Assembly: GCA_963721805.1 (NCBI GenBank)
Contig: CAVRJY010000004.1
Location: 128,001 to 192,000, forward strand
Source: Nitrospirota bacterium
GTDB lineage: Bacteria > Nitrospirota > Thermodesulfovibrionia > Thermodesulfovibrionales > JdFR-86
Length of the DNA: 64,000 nt
Reading direction: 5' to 3'
Shown here: positions 1-15,164 of the stretch, piece after piece
How positions within the stretch are numbered: position 1 is the stretch's first letter
Layout: each line of letters opens with the position of its first letter
Position numbers and translations under genes: made by a program
The notes under the pieces: model-generated
The model's input: only the letters and a program-made list of their open reading frames with translations
Databases searched by the model: none
Told to the model about the DNA's origin: nothing

Positions 1-1124
1 GCGAGCTCGTCCTCGATCCCTTGCAGTTCTATCGAGCGCTCCTCATATGCACGCCCGGCCGCTGCAGTCTCTGCCGCCAACGTCTCGCGCAAAGTGGCGA
101 TCTCGGCCTTGCGGTCCAGGTTCGCGCTCCGGCGGCTCGCGTTCTCCTCTGACTGCACGCCGAGCCTTACGACGTGCTCCTTGAGGTTCTCGCGCTCCTT
201 GCCGAGCACGGCTAACGCGGTCTCGGCCTCCGAGATCGTCCGCTCAAGCGCAGCCTGCCCGGACATCGAGTCCTGCAGTGCTCGCTCGCGCTCCGCAAGC
301 TCTATGCGGCGCGACTCTATGGCGGTCTCGGACTCCGAGAGCCCGGCCCTCATCAGGGCGTCGCGCTCGTGCTCCGAGGCGAGCGACTCGGTTGCGTCCC
401 TCAGAAGCGTATCGAGCTGCTTGAGTTCGTATCTGGATAGCCTAAGCTCGATCGAGCGCAGCTCGGCCATGAGGCGCTTGTACCGCTCGGCCTTCTTGAC
501 CTGCCGGTCGAGGGAGTTAATCTGGCGGCGGACCTCGTTTACGATATCATTGATGCGCAGGAGGTTCGTGCGCGAGCTTTCGAGCTTGTTCTGGGCCTCG
601 CCGCGCCGGATCTTGTACTTGACGACCCCCGCGATCTCCTCGATTATGAACCGCCGATCCTCGGGCTTCGCAGCCAAGATCGCAGATATGCGATCTTGTT
701 CTAAAATAGAATAGCTCTTGATCTCAAGCCCGGTATCGAGGAACATGTCGCGCACGTCTCTCAGGCGGCACGACTGGCGGTTGATCATGTAGTCGCTCTC
801 GCCGGAGCGGTAGAGGCGGCGGGTAACGGTCGTCGGGGTGTCCTTCCCGTCCTCGGACTGGTTGAGCCCCCGGACGGTCATCGTGACCTCGGACATCCCC
901 TTGGGCTTCCTGCTCTGGGAGCCGACGAAGATGACCTCCTCCATCTTGCCCCCGCGCAGGCTCTTGGCGCTCTGTTCGCCGAGCACCCACTTAAAGGAGT
1001 CCACGACGTTGCTCTTGCCGCAGCCGTTCGGCCCGACAATAGCGGTGATGCCGGGGTGGAGCTGCAGGACAGTCCTCTCCCCGAAGGATTTGAAGCCGTT
1101 TATTTCAAGTTTTTCCACACGCAT
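1..1124 (-). CDS. smc: Chromosome segregation ATPase SMC, N-terminal part (runs off the window start)
   Basis: My translation from the ATG at 1124 reads MRVEKLEINGFKSFGERTVLQLHPGITAIVGPNGCGKSNVVDSFKWVLGEQSAKSLRGGKMEEVIF: SMC Walker A followed by coiled coil. Not in the ORF track because the stop lies outside the window. Confidence 0.96.
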   Translation of the reverse strand, partial: MRVEKLEINGFKSFGERTVLQLHPGITAIVGPNGCGKSNVVDSFKWVLGEQSAKSLRGGKMEEVIFVGSQSRKPKGMSEVTMTVRGLNQSEDGKDTPTTVTRRLYRSGESDYMINRQSCRLRDVRDMFLDTGLEIKSYSILEQDRISAILAAKPEDRRFIIEEIAGVVKYKIRRGEAQNKLESSRTNLLRINDIVNEVRRQINSLDRQVKKAERYKRLMAELRSIELRLSRYELKQLDTLLRDATESLASEHERDALMRAGLSESETAIESRRIELAERERALQDSMSGQAALERTISEAETALAVLGKERENLKEHVVRLGVQSEENASRRSANLDRKAEIATLRETLAAETAAAGRAYEERSIELQGIEDEL

Positions 1125-1199
1125 TAGTGCGCCTCATTATAATGATGCCGGGATAGGTGAATAGTATACTATCATTACTGCCTTTCTATCAATCACAAA

Positions 1200-1985
1200 T
1201 CAGGCAAATCTGCGCTCGAGCGCCTCGCGGGTTTTTATGACCGCCCTTACCGCGTCAGGGTCGCCCTCGATGTGGCCGATATACCGATCGAGGTATCCCC
1301 TCTCAACGAGCATGCGCCAGGTCGATGGGAAGTTGATGTCACGGCACCAGCCCACGATCATGAGGATGATGTCCCGGCTGTTGCGGACCATCGAGAGCGT
1401 CACCTGATGGCCGCCAAGGAGGGTCGAGACGACCTCGGGCGTCGCATGCGGCGCGTCCGGCAGAGAGAGCCCGGCGGCAGAGGCCCGCTCCCAGGGCTGG
1501 ATCTCGAGGTATTCATCGAGGAACACGCGCCAGATGTCGAGCTTGTCCGCATCGCGCACCAGCCTTATGAACGTCTCCGCGCGGGCGTCGCCCAACTCCG
1601 GCACCTTGTTTGCGTTATGGAACTTTACCGCGTCGAGCACGAGCTTGCGGTCCTCCGGGGCCAGCCAGCCCAGCACGCCCTCCCGCTCGATGATCTCCGC
1701 GCCGAGCACGCCGTGGTTTACGCTCTCGCTATCTTTAAACGTGCGGAACTTTTGGTACTGCGGGAACCTTCCGGTGTCGTGCAGGATGCCGGCCGCGGCC
1801 GCAATCTCGAGGTCGTGGCCGTTTAAACCCTCGGACTTCGCGATAGAGAGGATATTTTCGGCCACAAGGCCGGTGTGTCTGATCTTCAGGACGACGTTCC
1901 TGCGGTGCTCGGGCTCGTCTTCCAAAAAACCGGCCGCGTAGGCGGAAAACCACTCGCGCAGCCGGTTTAAATCGTCCCTGCTCAT
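1200..1985 (-). CDS. HD-domain metal-dependent phosphohydrolase
   Basis: KIRHT...ILHDTGRF...NHG...FHN...VRDADKLD HD motifs. Confidence 0.85.
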   Translation of the reverse strand: MSRDDLNRLREWFSAYAAGFLEDEPEHRRNVVLKIRHTGLVAENILSIAKSEGLNGHDLEIAAAAGILHDTGRFPQYQKFRTFKDSESVNHGVLGAEIIEREGVLGWLAPEDRKLVLDAVKFHNANKVPELGDARAETFIRLVRDADKLDIWRVFLDEYLEIQPWERASAAGLSLPDAPHATPEVVSTLLGGHQVTLSMVRNSRDIILMIVGWCRDINFPSTWRMLVERGYLDRYIGHIEGDPDAVRAVIKTREALERRFA

Positions 1986-1989
1986 GGCC

Positions 1990-4459
<2,470 letters not shown>

Positions 4460-4626
4460 TGTAAGTATCCTCCGTTTCGGTGCTTATTGCGAGTTCATCT
4501 GTAGCCTGATATTATAACATTACAGGGGCTCCGGAGGCCTTCCCGGGATCGTGGCGGCTGGACGCCGCCAGGGGTGGAATGACTAAGCTGCCGCCGTTCT
4601 GTTAATATAGTGAACTGACACTTGCT

Positions 4627-5767
4627 ATGAAATTCAGTCCACTCTCGATAAAAGGCATCACGGTTCCCGTCCCGATAGTCCAGGGAGGCATGGGCGTGGG
4701 CGTATCGCTCGCGCCGCTGGCCGGCGCGGTCGCTCGCGAGGGCGGCGTGGGCGTGATATCGAGCGCTTGCATCGACCGGCTAGTCTCGAAGCGCCTCGGC
4801 AGGCGCATGGACATATACGAGGCGGTGCGCGAGGAAGTCTCGCTCGCCCGGCAGCTCTCGGGCGGGCTGGGCGCGATAGGAATAAACATCATGGTAGCGC
4901 TCGGCCGCGATTATGTCGATACGGTGCGCGGCGCGATAGACGCCGGGGTGGACGTCATCATCTCGGGCGCCGGGCTGCCTCTGAGCCTCCCTACAATTCA
5001 GAAGCCGGGCCGCACGGCGCTCGTGCCGATAGTGTCTTCCAGCCGCGCGCTCGAGGTAATATGCCGCAAATGGGAGCGCGTGGGCTACCGCCCTGACGCG
5101 GTCGTGCTCGAAGGCCCGCTGGCCGGAGGCCACCTCGGTTTCTCCCTGGAGCAGGTAAACAGCGACGACCACAAGCTCGAGACACTGCTGCCGCCCGTAC
5201 TTGAGGTCGCGCACAAATACGGCGATATCCCGGTCATCGTCGCGGGCGGCATATACTCACACGCTGACATAGCGAGGTTCATCGCGATGGGGGCCTCCGC
5301 TGTGCAGATGGGCACCCGGTTTCTGGCCACGGTGGAGAGTTCCGCCACGCAGGATTATAAAAATGCGGTCGTGGCCGCGACCGAAGAGGACATACACATA
5401 GCCACGCTGCCGGGCTCGCCCTGCGGCCTGCCCTTCAGGGTGCTTAAGGACTCGCCGATGTACCAGTCCGCGATCCTGAAGCGCCGCCAGCCCAAGTGCG
5501 ACAAGGGCTACGTCCTCACGAAGGGCCAGGAGGGCAGGTACTCGATCTGCCCGGCAAGGGACAACAACGAGGGCCACTTCTGCATATGCAACGGGCTTTT
5601 GAGCTCGGGCGGGTATAACCCCGAGAAGGAAGAGGCCCTCTATACCGTCGGCTCGACCGCTCACCGCATAAAGCGCATAGTCACGCGTGCACGACCTGAT
5701 GGCCGAGCTCACCGCGGCCGAGGTCCACGAGTCCGACGAGCAGGTCTATACCACTCTCTACGCCTGA
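4627..5767 (+). CDS. Nitronate monooxygenase / FabK-like FMN oxidoreductase (probable frameshift near 5685)
   Basis: PIVQGGMGVG, EGPLAGGHLG, AGGI and VQMGTRF motifs. A shifted frame gives a normal C-terminus (VHDLMAEL...) ending at 5767. Confidence 0.85.
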
Positions 5768-5901
5768 TTTAAGCCTGTCTCATACGTCCGCAACTTCCCG
5801 ATATATTAATCATTAAAAGAGCGCCCCGGATAATTCCCCGGCCAATACGCACCCCCCGCCCCCAAACCCCCAGGCTACTTGATACCATCCGGGCAATCCG
5901 A

Positions 5902-5931
5902 CTTGACATGACCCGACTTAAGTTTTATGAT
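5902..5931 (+). promoter_or_regulatory. Sigma70 promoter overlapped by a HAIR-like (HspR) operator
   Basis: TTGACA (5903-5908), 17 nt, TATGAT (5926-5931). CTTGACA-N7-ACTTAAG resembles the HAIR consensus CTTGAGT-N7-ACTCAAG and sits upstream of dnaJ-hspR-clpB. Confidence 0.7.
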
Positions 5932-5951
5932 AAGAAGGACAGGAGGATCGG

Positions 5952-7081
5952 ATGGCCCAGAAGGATTACTATGAGTTGCTCGGCCTTAAAAAGGGCGCGG
6001 CGACGGACGACATAAAAAAGGCTTACCGCAGGCTCGCCCGGAAGTACCACCCGGACCTCAATCCAGGCGACAAAGCTCTGGAGGAGAAGTTCAAGGAGAT
6101 AAACGAGGCCTACGCCGTCCTGAGCGACCCGAAGAAGAAAGAAGAGTACGACAGCTTCGGCAGCGCGGCGGAGCGGCCGGGTTCGACTGGACCGGGGCCG
6201 CCGGTGCGGCCGGATATGGAGGAAAGCCCTATGGTGGCGCGGCCCCCCCGCACGAGGACGTCTTCGAGTTCGGCTTCGGAGACATTCTCTCGGAGATGTT
6301 CGGCGCCGCTGGCGCCGAGGGCCGCCGGGCGCAGACCCCCATGCGGGGCTCGGACCTCGTAAGCGGGATCACGATCTCGCTCGAGGAGGCCTTTACCGGC
6401 ACCACGAAGAAGATGACCCTCTCGCGCGAGGTATCATGCGCGGCCTGCAAGGGCACCGGCATCGAGACCGCCAACACCTGCCCGACCTGCCAGGGCACCG
6501 GCAGGCAGCAGACCTCGAAGGGGTTTTTCCGCACGGCCCAGCGCTGTCCCGACTGCGGCGGCGTCGGCCGCAAGGTGACGAAGGTCTGCCCTCAGTGCAG
6601 CGGCCATGGCAAGAGCTTCGCGGCCGAGACCGCCAACGTCAGGATACCGGCCGGGGTCGATGACGGCTCTACCGTCAGGCTCCGCGGCATGGGCAACGCC
6701 GGAGACGGCGGCGGCCCGGCCGGAGACCTCAGGCTGCGCGTCACCGTGACCCCGCACCCGTTCTTCGAACGCCGGGGAGACGACCTGCGCCTTAAGCTCC
6801 CGGTCACGTTCGGCGAGGCCGCGCTCGGGGCGAAGGTCGAGGTCCCGACGATAGACGGCAAGGCCGTGATGACCATACCGGCCGGGACGCAGAGCGGCCA
6901 GAAGTTCAAGCTCTCCGGCAAGGGCTTCATAAAGCCCGGCACCACGGAGCGCGGCAACATGTACGTCTCGGTCGAGGTCGCGGTGCCCAGGTTCATCGAC
7001 GCCGGCGCCCGGATTGCCATAGACGAGATAGAGCGCGCGTACCCCGAAAACCCGCGCCGCTCCATGGGAGTGCAATCATGA
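5952..7081 (+). CDS. dnaJ: DnaJ chaperone (frameshift near 6170)
   Basis: J domain with HPD in 5952..6362. Four CxxCxGxG repeats and the C-terminal domain in 6296..7081. Confidence 0.9.
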
Positions 7082-7432
7082 TAACCAAACGCAAGGACGA
7101 GCCGGTATACATGATAGGCATCGCAGCGCGCATGCTCGACGTCCACCCCCAGACCCTGCGGCTCTACGACCGCGAGGGCCTGCTCTGCCCGATGCGCCAC
7201 GGCAGGCAGCGGCTGTACTCCGAACGCGACATCGAGGTCCTGCACTTCATCCTGAACCTCACGCGCGACATGGGCGTCAACCGCGCCGGGGTGGACATCA
7301 TCCTGCGCATGCGCCGCCGCCTCGAATCGCTGCAGCGCGAGGTCGAAGAAATGTTAAAGAACATAGACGGCGAAAAACGTGATACATTTGAACAAAAGAT
7401 CCGGCGCATCTTCATTGAGGAGGACACCAACG

Positions 7433-7443
<11 letters not shown>
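7078..7443 (+). CDS. hspR: HspR-like MerR-family heat-shock repressor
   Basis: [27 protein letters not shown]...GVNRAGV. Lies between dnaJ and clpB with an ATGA overlap. Confidence 0.85.
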
Positions 7444-10079
<2,636 letters not shown>

Positions 10080-10096
10080 CCATTAACCGCACACAC

Positions 10097-10129
10097 GGGG
10101 GGAGCCTAGCTCCCCCCCCCTTTCCTTTT
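10097..10129 (+). terminator. Rho-independent terminator after clpB
   Basis: GGGGGGAG-CCTAG-CTCCCCCC hairpin followed by a T-rich tract. Confidence 0.65.
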
Positions 10130-10131
10130 AC

Positions 10132-10423
10132 AAAGCGCTCCAAATCGCTTGATACTGCGTTGGGCTTCTTAAACTCGCCCTCTACTGAAAGCGGCTGCAA
10201 TTGCGTGATACTGCGTCACTGCCTCGGAATTCCTCCCTCGATGTAGCGGTGCTACACCTACGGTCGTTTTCCTCGCCGTTCCTTGTCTGACGCAATATCG
10301 CTCGCTTTCATGGGGATACACCATCGGGCGGTCTTCTCGCCCTGCCTTGTCTGAAGCCGATTTGGGCGCGCTTTCGGGGGAGAGGATGACGTAGCCCCCC
10401 GCACCCCCAAGGTCAACGGCATT
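10132..10423 (-). repeat. Palindromic element copy 1, with a second element nested at 10186..10310
   Basis: Arms AAAGCGCTCCAAATCG / CGATTTGGGCGCGCTTT, GC head hairpin and GGTCAACGGCATT end. The inner element is bounded by TGAAAGCG...CGCTTTCA. Confidence 0.9.
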
Positions 10424-10455
10424 GATTGGTATTTTGCATCAACAATCTTCTAACA

Positions 10456-11051
10456 GTGAAGCTCCCCGTGGCAAGCCACGGGGCATCCGTGGCGCAGCTA
10501 TAAGTCCAGCTGCGCAGGCAATTGCTTCTCTGCTCTGTGGCCGCGTATGTATTTGCGGATCATTTCCGAGGTCAAGCTGTCCCCGACTGTCCGCGCAAAG
10601 TACCCATCCTCCCACAGCTCACCCTTCCATAGTCTTTGCCTCAGCGATGGGTATTGCTTGAACAGCTCACGGGCGCTGATACTTTTCAGGGTTCTGACCA
10701 CCACCCCTATCGAGTACCGTGGCGGGAACGATAGAAATATATGCACATGGTCCTCCGCCACTTCCATCTCCACTATCTCATATTCATACTCTTCAGCTAT
10801 CTCCCTGAAAAGTTCCGCGCACCGCTCGCGCATGTAACTTTGCGCGAACAGTCTCTTGCGATACTTAGGACACCATACCAGATGGTACCCGGTGTCATAT
10901 ACAGCGTGACTCGTCCTGCGTAACCCCATGCCTCATGATAGCCCGCAATTGCCTCGGCGGGAAAGGGGGACTTCCAGCCCCCCTTACATCCCCCCGGCAG
11001 GGATGCCATTCATCCCCGTGGCAAGCCACGGGGCATACTGGCATGGTTTTC
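10456..11051 (-). mobile_element. IS200/IS605-family IS (tnpA only), copy 1, 596 bp
   Basis: Subterminal hairpins CCCCGTGGCAAGCCACGGGG at both ends. Appears identical to 18421..19016. Both copies lie 3' of TAAC on the minus strand with no target duplication. Confidence 0.93.
10498..10929 (-). CDS. tnpA: IS200 Y1 HUH transposase TnpA
   Basis: YHLVWCPKYR, DHVH (HUH), LWEDGYF and IRKYI (catalytic Tyr). Confidence 0.95.
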   Translation of the reverse strand: MGLRRTSHAVYDTGYHLVWCPKYRKRLFAQSYMRERCAELFREIAEEYEYEIVEMEVAEDHVHIFLSFPPRYSIGVVVRTLKSISARELFKQYPSLRQRLWKGELWEDGYFARTVGDSLTSEMIRKYIRGHRAEKQLPAQLDL

Positions 11052-11206
11052 GTTAAAACAGGCTTTTTGTTTCTTTTGCCTGGCTTGTCACCTTTATCAG
11101 TTTTGCATAAGAATATCACTCTATTGTTTTCCTTGACTTCATAAAGGTGGTCAGCGCAAAACGCTTTGCCGCATTGAGAGCACTTTAATATGATTATGTT
11201 ATTCAT
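11052..11206 (-). pseudogene. Small Cys/His (zinc-finger-like) ORF interrupted by IS200
   Basis: CSQCGKAFCADH...C motif in AT-rich DNA. The frame runs into the IS end at ...KKPVL|TKTMP. Confidence 0.4.
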
Positions 11207-11225
11207 ACAAAATCATCTCTACTCG

Positions 11226-11504
11226 TCATTGTTTGTACAAATTTATCTTGCGCAGTATAATCCCAATTATAAAACTCAGTCCCGAGCATACTCCAGCGGA
11301 GAAGGAAAGGAAAGCCGAGGATTCTTTGGTTAGCATTGCAATGCCGGCAAATATTTGAGTTAGACCGAGATAAAATATTATCACATAAAAAAGATTTTTG
11401 TTGTTTTTGAAGTGTGTTCTCTTCAGCGCAAACATACTAATAACCATTGACGCCCCTAAAATAATCACAATAACACCAGCTATGGTGAAAAAATCTATCT
11501 TCAT
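11226..11504 (-). CDS. Small 3-TM membrane protein (AT-rich cargo)
   Basis: Three hydrophobic segments. TGgTATCTT, 6 nt, ATG start at 11504. Confidence 0.6.
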   Translation of the reverse strand: MKIDFFTIAGVIVIILGASMVISMFALKRTHFKNNKNLFYVIIFYLGLTQIFAGIAMLTKESSAFLSFSAGVCSGLSFIIGIILRKINLYKQ

Positions 11505-11586
11505 GAGCCTAAGATACCACAACCGCGTTGAGTATGCCAGAGGATTCTTAGCAGTAGGCAGCGCGCGGATGTGGCTTATCTAATAA

Positions 11587-11763
11587 GCCGTTGACCTTGG
11601 GGGAGCGGGGGTCCAGCGGCAGAGCCGCGACCAACCCCCGAAAGCGCGATAAATCGCGTCAGACTAGGAAGGTCGAGAAGACCGCCCGACGGTGTACTGA
11701 GACGTACTCCGAGGGCGCGTCTTTGATGGCCTGACAACGTATCACGCGACTTTAGCGCGCTTT
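11587..11763 (+). repeat. Palindromic element copy 2 (inverted partner of copy 1)
   Basis: GCCGTTGACC head, GC hairpin, AAAGCGCG...TCAGAC...GTGTAC/GTACTC...GTATCA...GCGCGCTTT. Confidence 0.85.
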
Positions 11764-11775
11764 CAAAAAGGCCCG

Positions 11776-13038
11776 CTAAAGTACCGGCACCTGCCATGAG
11801 GGCTGCGCGGGTACGTGCGCGTTGCCCGGCACATACTGGTATTCCCTAGTCCACGGCTGCGCATGGAGGCCGGGCTTCGCCTGCTTCGTGGCTAATAGCT
11901 GGTTGACAGATATCCAGCCACGCTCGAAGGCGTGCGCGCAGCCTGCCATGTAGATAAGCCATATGCGGTAGCGTTTCTCGCCGACGGCGGCCACGGCCTC
12001 GTCTCTACGCGCCTGAAGCCTCGCGACCCAGTGCATCAGCGTCTGGGCGTAGTGCGGCCTGAGGGATTCCATGTCGAGCACCTCAAGGTCCTGCGCCTCC
12101 ATCTCATAAGCGGTTCGGCTCAGGTGCGGGAGCTCGCCGTCCGGGAAGACGTAGTCCTCGATGAACCGTCCGCCGCTCGGGCTGACGCTCCGGTTGTCCG
12201 GGTCGCGCGTGGTGATGCCGTGGTTGAGCACTAGGCCGTTTTCCTTAAGCAGCCGCCGCATCACGCCGAAATAGACCGGCAGCTTGCGGAGCCCGACGTG
12301 CTCGAACATCCCGACCGAGGAGATCTTGTCGAATACGCCCTCGCCGGGTATGTCGCGGTAGTCTTGCAGCCTCACCTCGACGCGGCCGATGAGCCCCTCG
12401 CGCCCGACGCGTTCGGTCGCATACTCAAACTGCTCGCGGCTGAGCGTTACGCCCAGCGCTTTGACGCCGTAGTGCTTCGCGGCCCAGGTGATCAGCCCGC
12501 CCCAGCCGCAGCCGATGTCCAGCAGCCGCTCGCCGGACCTGAGGCGAAGCTTGCGGCAGATGTGGTCGAGCTTCTGCTCCTGCGCGGTGTGTAGGTCCTC
12601 GTCCCCGCTCCGGAAGTACGCGCAAGAGTAAACCATGTTCCTGTCCAGCCAGAGCGAGTAGAACTCGTTGGACACGTCGTAGTGGCTTTGCACCGAGCGC
12701 GCGTCGCGCCTGCGCGTGTGGCGGAACACGGACAGGCCCGGCAGCAGCCCGGCAGAGTTGCCCCTCGACTCCTCGCCGTTTAACGCCTCGGCTATCTGCA
12801 TCAGGTCCGCAAGCGGGCCGTCGAGGTCGATCTGGCCCTCGACATAAGCCTTCGCGAGGCGGTCCATCGTGGGCCGCAGGAGGATCATCGCGGCCCCCAT
12901 GCTCTTAAATGACATGACCACCGTGGGGTTGGGCCCCAGGTCGATCGCGGAGCCGTCCCAGAGGCGGACCCTGAGCGGCAGTTGCTTGCTTATCAGATTC
13001 TTGCCGAGCCTTGTAAGCAGCGACGTGGTGGAGTTCAT
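11776..13038 (-). CDS. cfa: Cyclopropane-fatty-acyl-phospholipid synthase
   Basis: HYDVSNEFY, YSCAYF, LLDIGCGWG and SVGMFEHVG motifs. Start chosen at 13038 after a GGAGG SD; 13077 is possible. Confidence 0.92.
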   Translation of the reverse strand: MNSTTSLLTRLGKNLISKQLPLRVRLWDGSAIDLGPNPTVVMSFKSMGAAMILLRPTMDRLAKAYVEGQIDLDGPLADLMQIAEALNGEESRGNSAGLLPGLSVFRHTRRRDARSVQSHYDVSNEFYSLWLDRNMVYSCAYFRSGDEDLHTAQEQKLDHICRKLRLRSGERLLDIGCGWGGLITWAAKHYGVKALGVTLSREQFEYATERVGREGLIGRVEVRLQDYRDIPGEGVFDKISSVGMFEHVGLRKLPVYFGVMRRLLKENGLVLNHGITTRDPDNRSVSPSGGRFIEDYVFPDGELPHLSRTAYEMEAQDLEVLDMESLRPHYAQTLMHWVARLQARRDEAVAAVGEKRYRIWLIYMAGCAHAFERGWISVNQLLATKQAKPGLHAQPWTREYQYVPGNAHVPAQPSWQVPVL

Positions 13039-13136
13039 ATTGACCCTCCCTGTGGACAGATGTTCTATATTCCCCATAGTAAGAAAATTCTAGCAGGGAA
13101 TCCGTCTGTCCGCAACTGGTGTAGTTTCATTTCTTT

Positions 13137-13276
13137 AAAGCGCTCCAAATCGTCTTCAGACTAGGAACCGGACGAAAAACGACCGCAGTCGTATATGGAA
13201 TGGACATACGTCAAGGATCGTTTTTCAGACGGTGAAAGGAGAGGGCCAGTCGGCCCTAAGCGATTTGGAGCGCTTT
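13137..13276 (+). repeat. Palindromic element copy 3 (solo, no head)
   Basis: Perfect 16-bp terminal inverted arms AAAGCGCTCCAAATCG / CGATTTGGAGCGCTTT. Inner stem GAAAAACGA / TCGTTTTTC. Confidence 0.9.
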
Positions 13277-13291
13277 GAAGAAAGCGAGCTA

Positions 13292-14629
13292 CTAGCGCCC
13301 AATCCCTCTGTATTCGAACCCTTCGCGCTTGAGGGCTGCGGGGTCATACTGGTTTCTCCCGTCGAATATGACCGCATTGCGCATCGTGCGCTTCATCAAA
13401 GCAAAGTCCGGGTGCCTGAAGCTCTTCCATTCGGTCACGAGCACGAGCGCGTCCGCGCCCTCGATGGCGTCATACTGGTTTTTGGCGAGCGTGAGGCTGC
13501 CGGAGCTGAACCACTGCGCCGGGAGCTCGCGGCGCGCGACGTCCATGGCTATCGGGTCGTATGCGCTCACGGTCGCGCCGGAGGCGATCAGGTGGTATAA
13601 AAGCGTGGTCGCCGGGGCCTCGCGCATGTCGTCCGTGCCGGGCTTGAACGCAAGCCCCCAGAGGCCAATGCGCCTGCCTGTGAGGTCCGCACCGAAGCGC
13701 TCGATGACCTTGTTATAGAGCAGGTGTTTCTGGAGCGAGTTTCTGGCCTCGACCGCGTGCAGCACAGTCGGCTCGAACCCCTCCGTCTCGGCCATGTGGA
13801 TTAACGCCTTAACGTCCTTTGGAAAGCACGAGCCGCCGTAGCCGCAGCCTGGGTATATGAACGAGTAGCCGATGCGGCTATCAGAGCCTATGCCGACGCG
13901 GACGCTCTCGACGTCCACCGAGAGGTGGTCGCAGAGGTTCGCTATCTCGTTCATGAACGAGATCTTCGTGGCGAGCATCGCGTTGGCGGCGTACTTCGTG
14001 AGCTCCGATGCGCGCACGGACATATATATCAGCCGCTCGTGGCTGCGCGTAAACGGGGAGTAGAGCTCGTGCATCAGGGCCTTTGCGCGGCTGCGGCCCT
14101 CCTGGACGCCCACGATGATGCGGTCGGGCTTCATGAAGTCGTCTATCGCCGCGCCCTCTTTGAGGAACTCCGGGTTGCTCACGACGTCGAACTCGACCGA
14201 GGCGCCGCGCGTGCGCAGCTCGGCCTCGATCTCCTCGCGCACGCGCTCCGCGGTGCCGACAGGTACGGTGGATTTCACTACAATGACCGCATATGACGTG
14301 AGCAGGCCGCCGAGCTCGCGGGCGACGCCCAAGACATGGCGCAAATCCGCCGAGCCGTCCTCACCGGGCGGGGTGCCCACGGCGATCATGAATACCTCGC
14401 ACCCTGCGGCCGCCTCTTTTAGCGAGGTCGTAAAGCCGAGCCTGCCCTGGCGCGAGTTTTCGAGCACGATGGCGTCCAGCCCCGGCTCGTATATCGGCAG
14501 CACGCCGCTTTGCAGGCTCGCCACCTTTGCGGCGTCCATGTCCACACAGGTCACGTTATTGCCCATCTCGGCGAAGCACGCGCCCGTAACGAGCCCGACG
14601 TACCCGGTCCCTATAATAGTCAGTTTCAT
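13292..14629 (-). CDS. ugd: UDP-glucose 6-dehydrogenase
   Basis: MKLTIIGTGYVGL, SNPEFLKEG, GYGGSCFPKD and GLAFKPGTDDMRE. SD upstream of the ATG at 14629. Confidence 0.95.
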   Translation of the reverse strand: MKLTIIGTGYVGLVTGACFAEMGNNVTCVDMDAAKVASLQSGVLPIYEPGLDAIVLENSRQGRLGFTTSLKEAAAGCEVFMIAVGTPPGEDGSADLRHVLGVARELGGLLTSYAVIVVKSTVPVGTAERVREEIEAELRTRGASVEFDVVSNPEFLKEGAAIDDFMKPDRIIVGVQEGRSRAKALMHELYSPFTRSHERLIYMSVRASELTKYAANAMLATKISFMNEIANLCDHLSVDVESVRVGIGSDSRIGYSFIYPGCGYGGSCFPKDVKALIHMAETEGFEPTVLHAVEARNSLQKHLLYNKVIERFGADLTGRRIGLWGLAFKPGTDDMREAPATTLLYHLIASGATVSAYDPIAMDVARRELPAQWFSSGSLTLAKNQYDAIEGADALVLVTEWKSFRHPDFALMKRTMRNAVIFDGRNQYDPAALKREGFEYRGIGR

Positions 14630-14677
14630 CTCAGGCAGGTCTCCTTCATGCGAATTCCAACGGTAAATAATAACATA

Positions 14678-14732
14678 TTGACGGTCACTCTCAAGCCGTG
14701 ATAGAGTGTTACGAATAGGAGAATCGTAACAC
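14678..14732 (+). promoter_or_regulatory. nikR promoter with NikR operator
   Basis: TTGACG, 18 nt, TAGAGT. Perfect inverted repeat GTGTTACGA-N9-TCGTAACAC (14706-14732), matching the GTGTTAC-N13-GTAACAC NikR box known from deltaproteobacteria. Confidence 0.8.
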
Positions 14733-14747
14733 GAAAGGGAGCACGCG

Positions 14748-15164
14748 ATGGCGCTGACGAGGTTCGGGATATCGCTGGACGAGGGGCTATTAGCCGGGTT
14801 CGACCGGATGATCTCGGCGCGCGGCTGGGCCAACCGCAGCGAGGCGATCCGCGACCTGATCCGCGACGCCCTCGTGCGCGAGGAGTGGGAGGCAGGCCGG
14901 GAGGAGACCGCCGGCACGATCACGCTCGTCTACTCACACGACACCCGCGAGCTGGCCGAGACCTTAAACGAGATCCAGCACCATCACCATGCGTCCGTAG
15001 TGTCCTCGATGCACATACACCTCGACGAGCACCGCTGCCTGGAGGTGCTCGTAGTGCGCGGGCCGGGGCACACGCTGCGCAGGATCGCGGACCGGCTGAT
15101 CGGGGTGCGCGGGGTCCTGCACGGCAAGCTCACGCTCACGACCACAGGGCAGCATATCAAATAG
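14748..15164 (+). CDS. nikR: Nickel-responsive repressor NikR
   Basis: RHH N-terminus RFGISLD...[11 protein letters not shown]. Ni site QHHH...[11 protein letters not shown]. Confidence 0.95.
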   Translation: MALTRFGISLDEGLLAGFDRMISARGWANRSEAIRDLIRDALVREEWEAGREETAGTITLVYSHDTRELAETLNEIQHHHHASVVSSMHIHLDEHRCLEVLVVRGPGHTLRRIADRLIGVRGVLHGKLTLTTTGQHIK

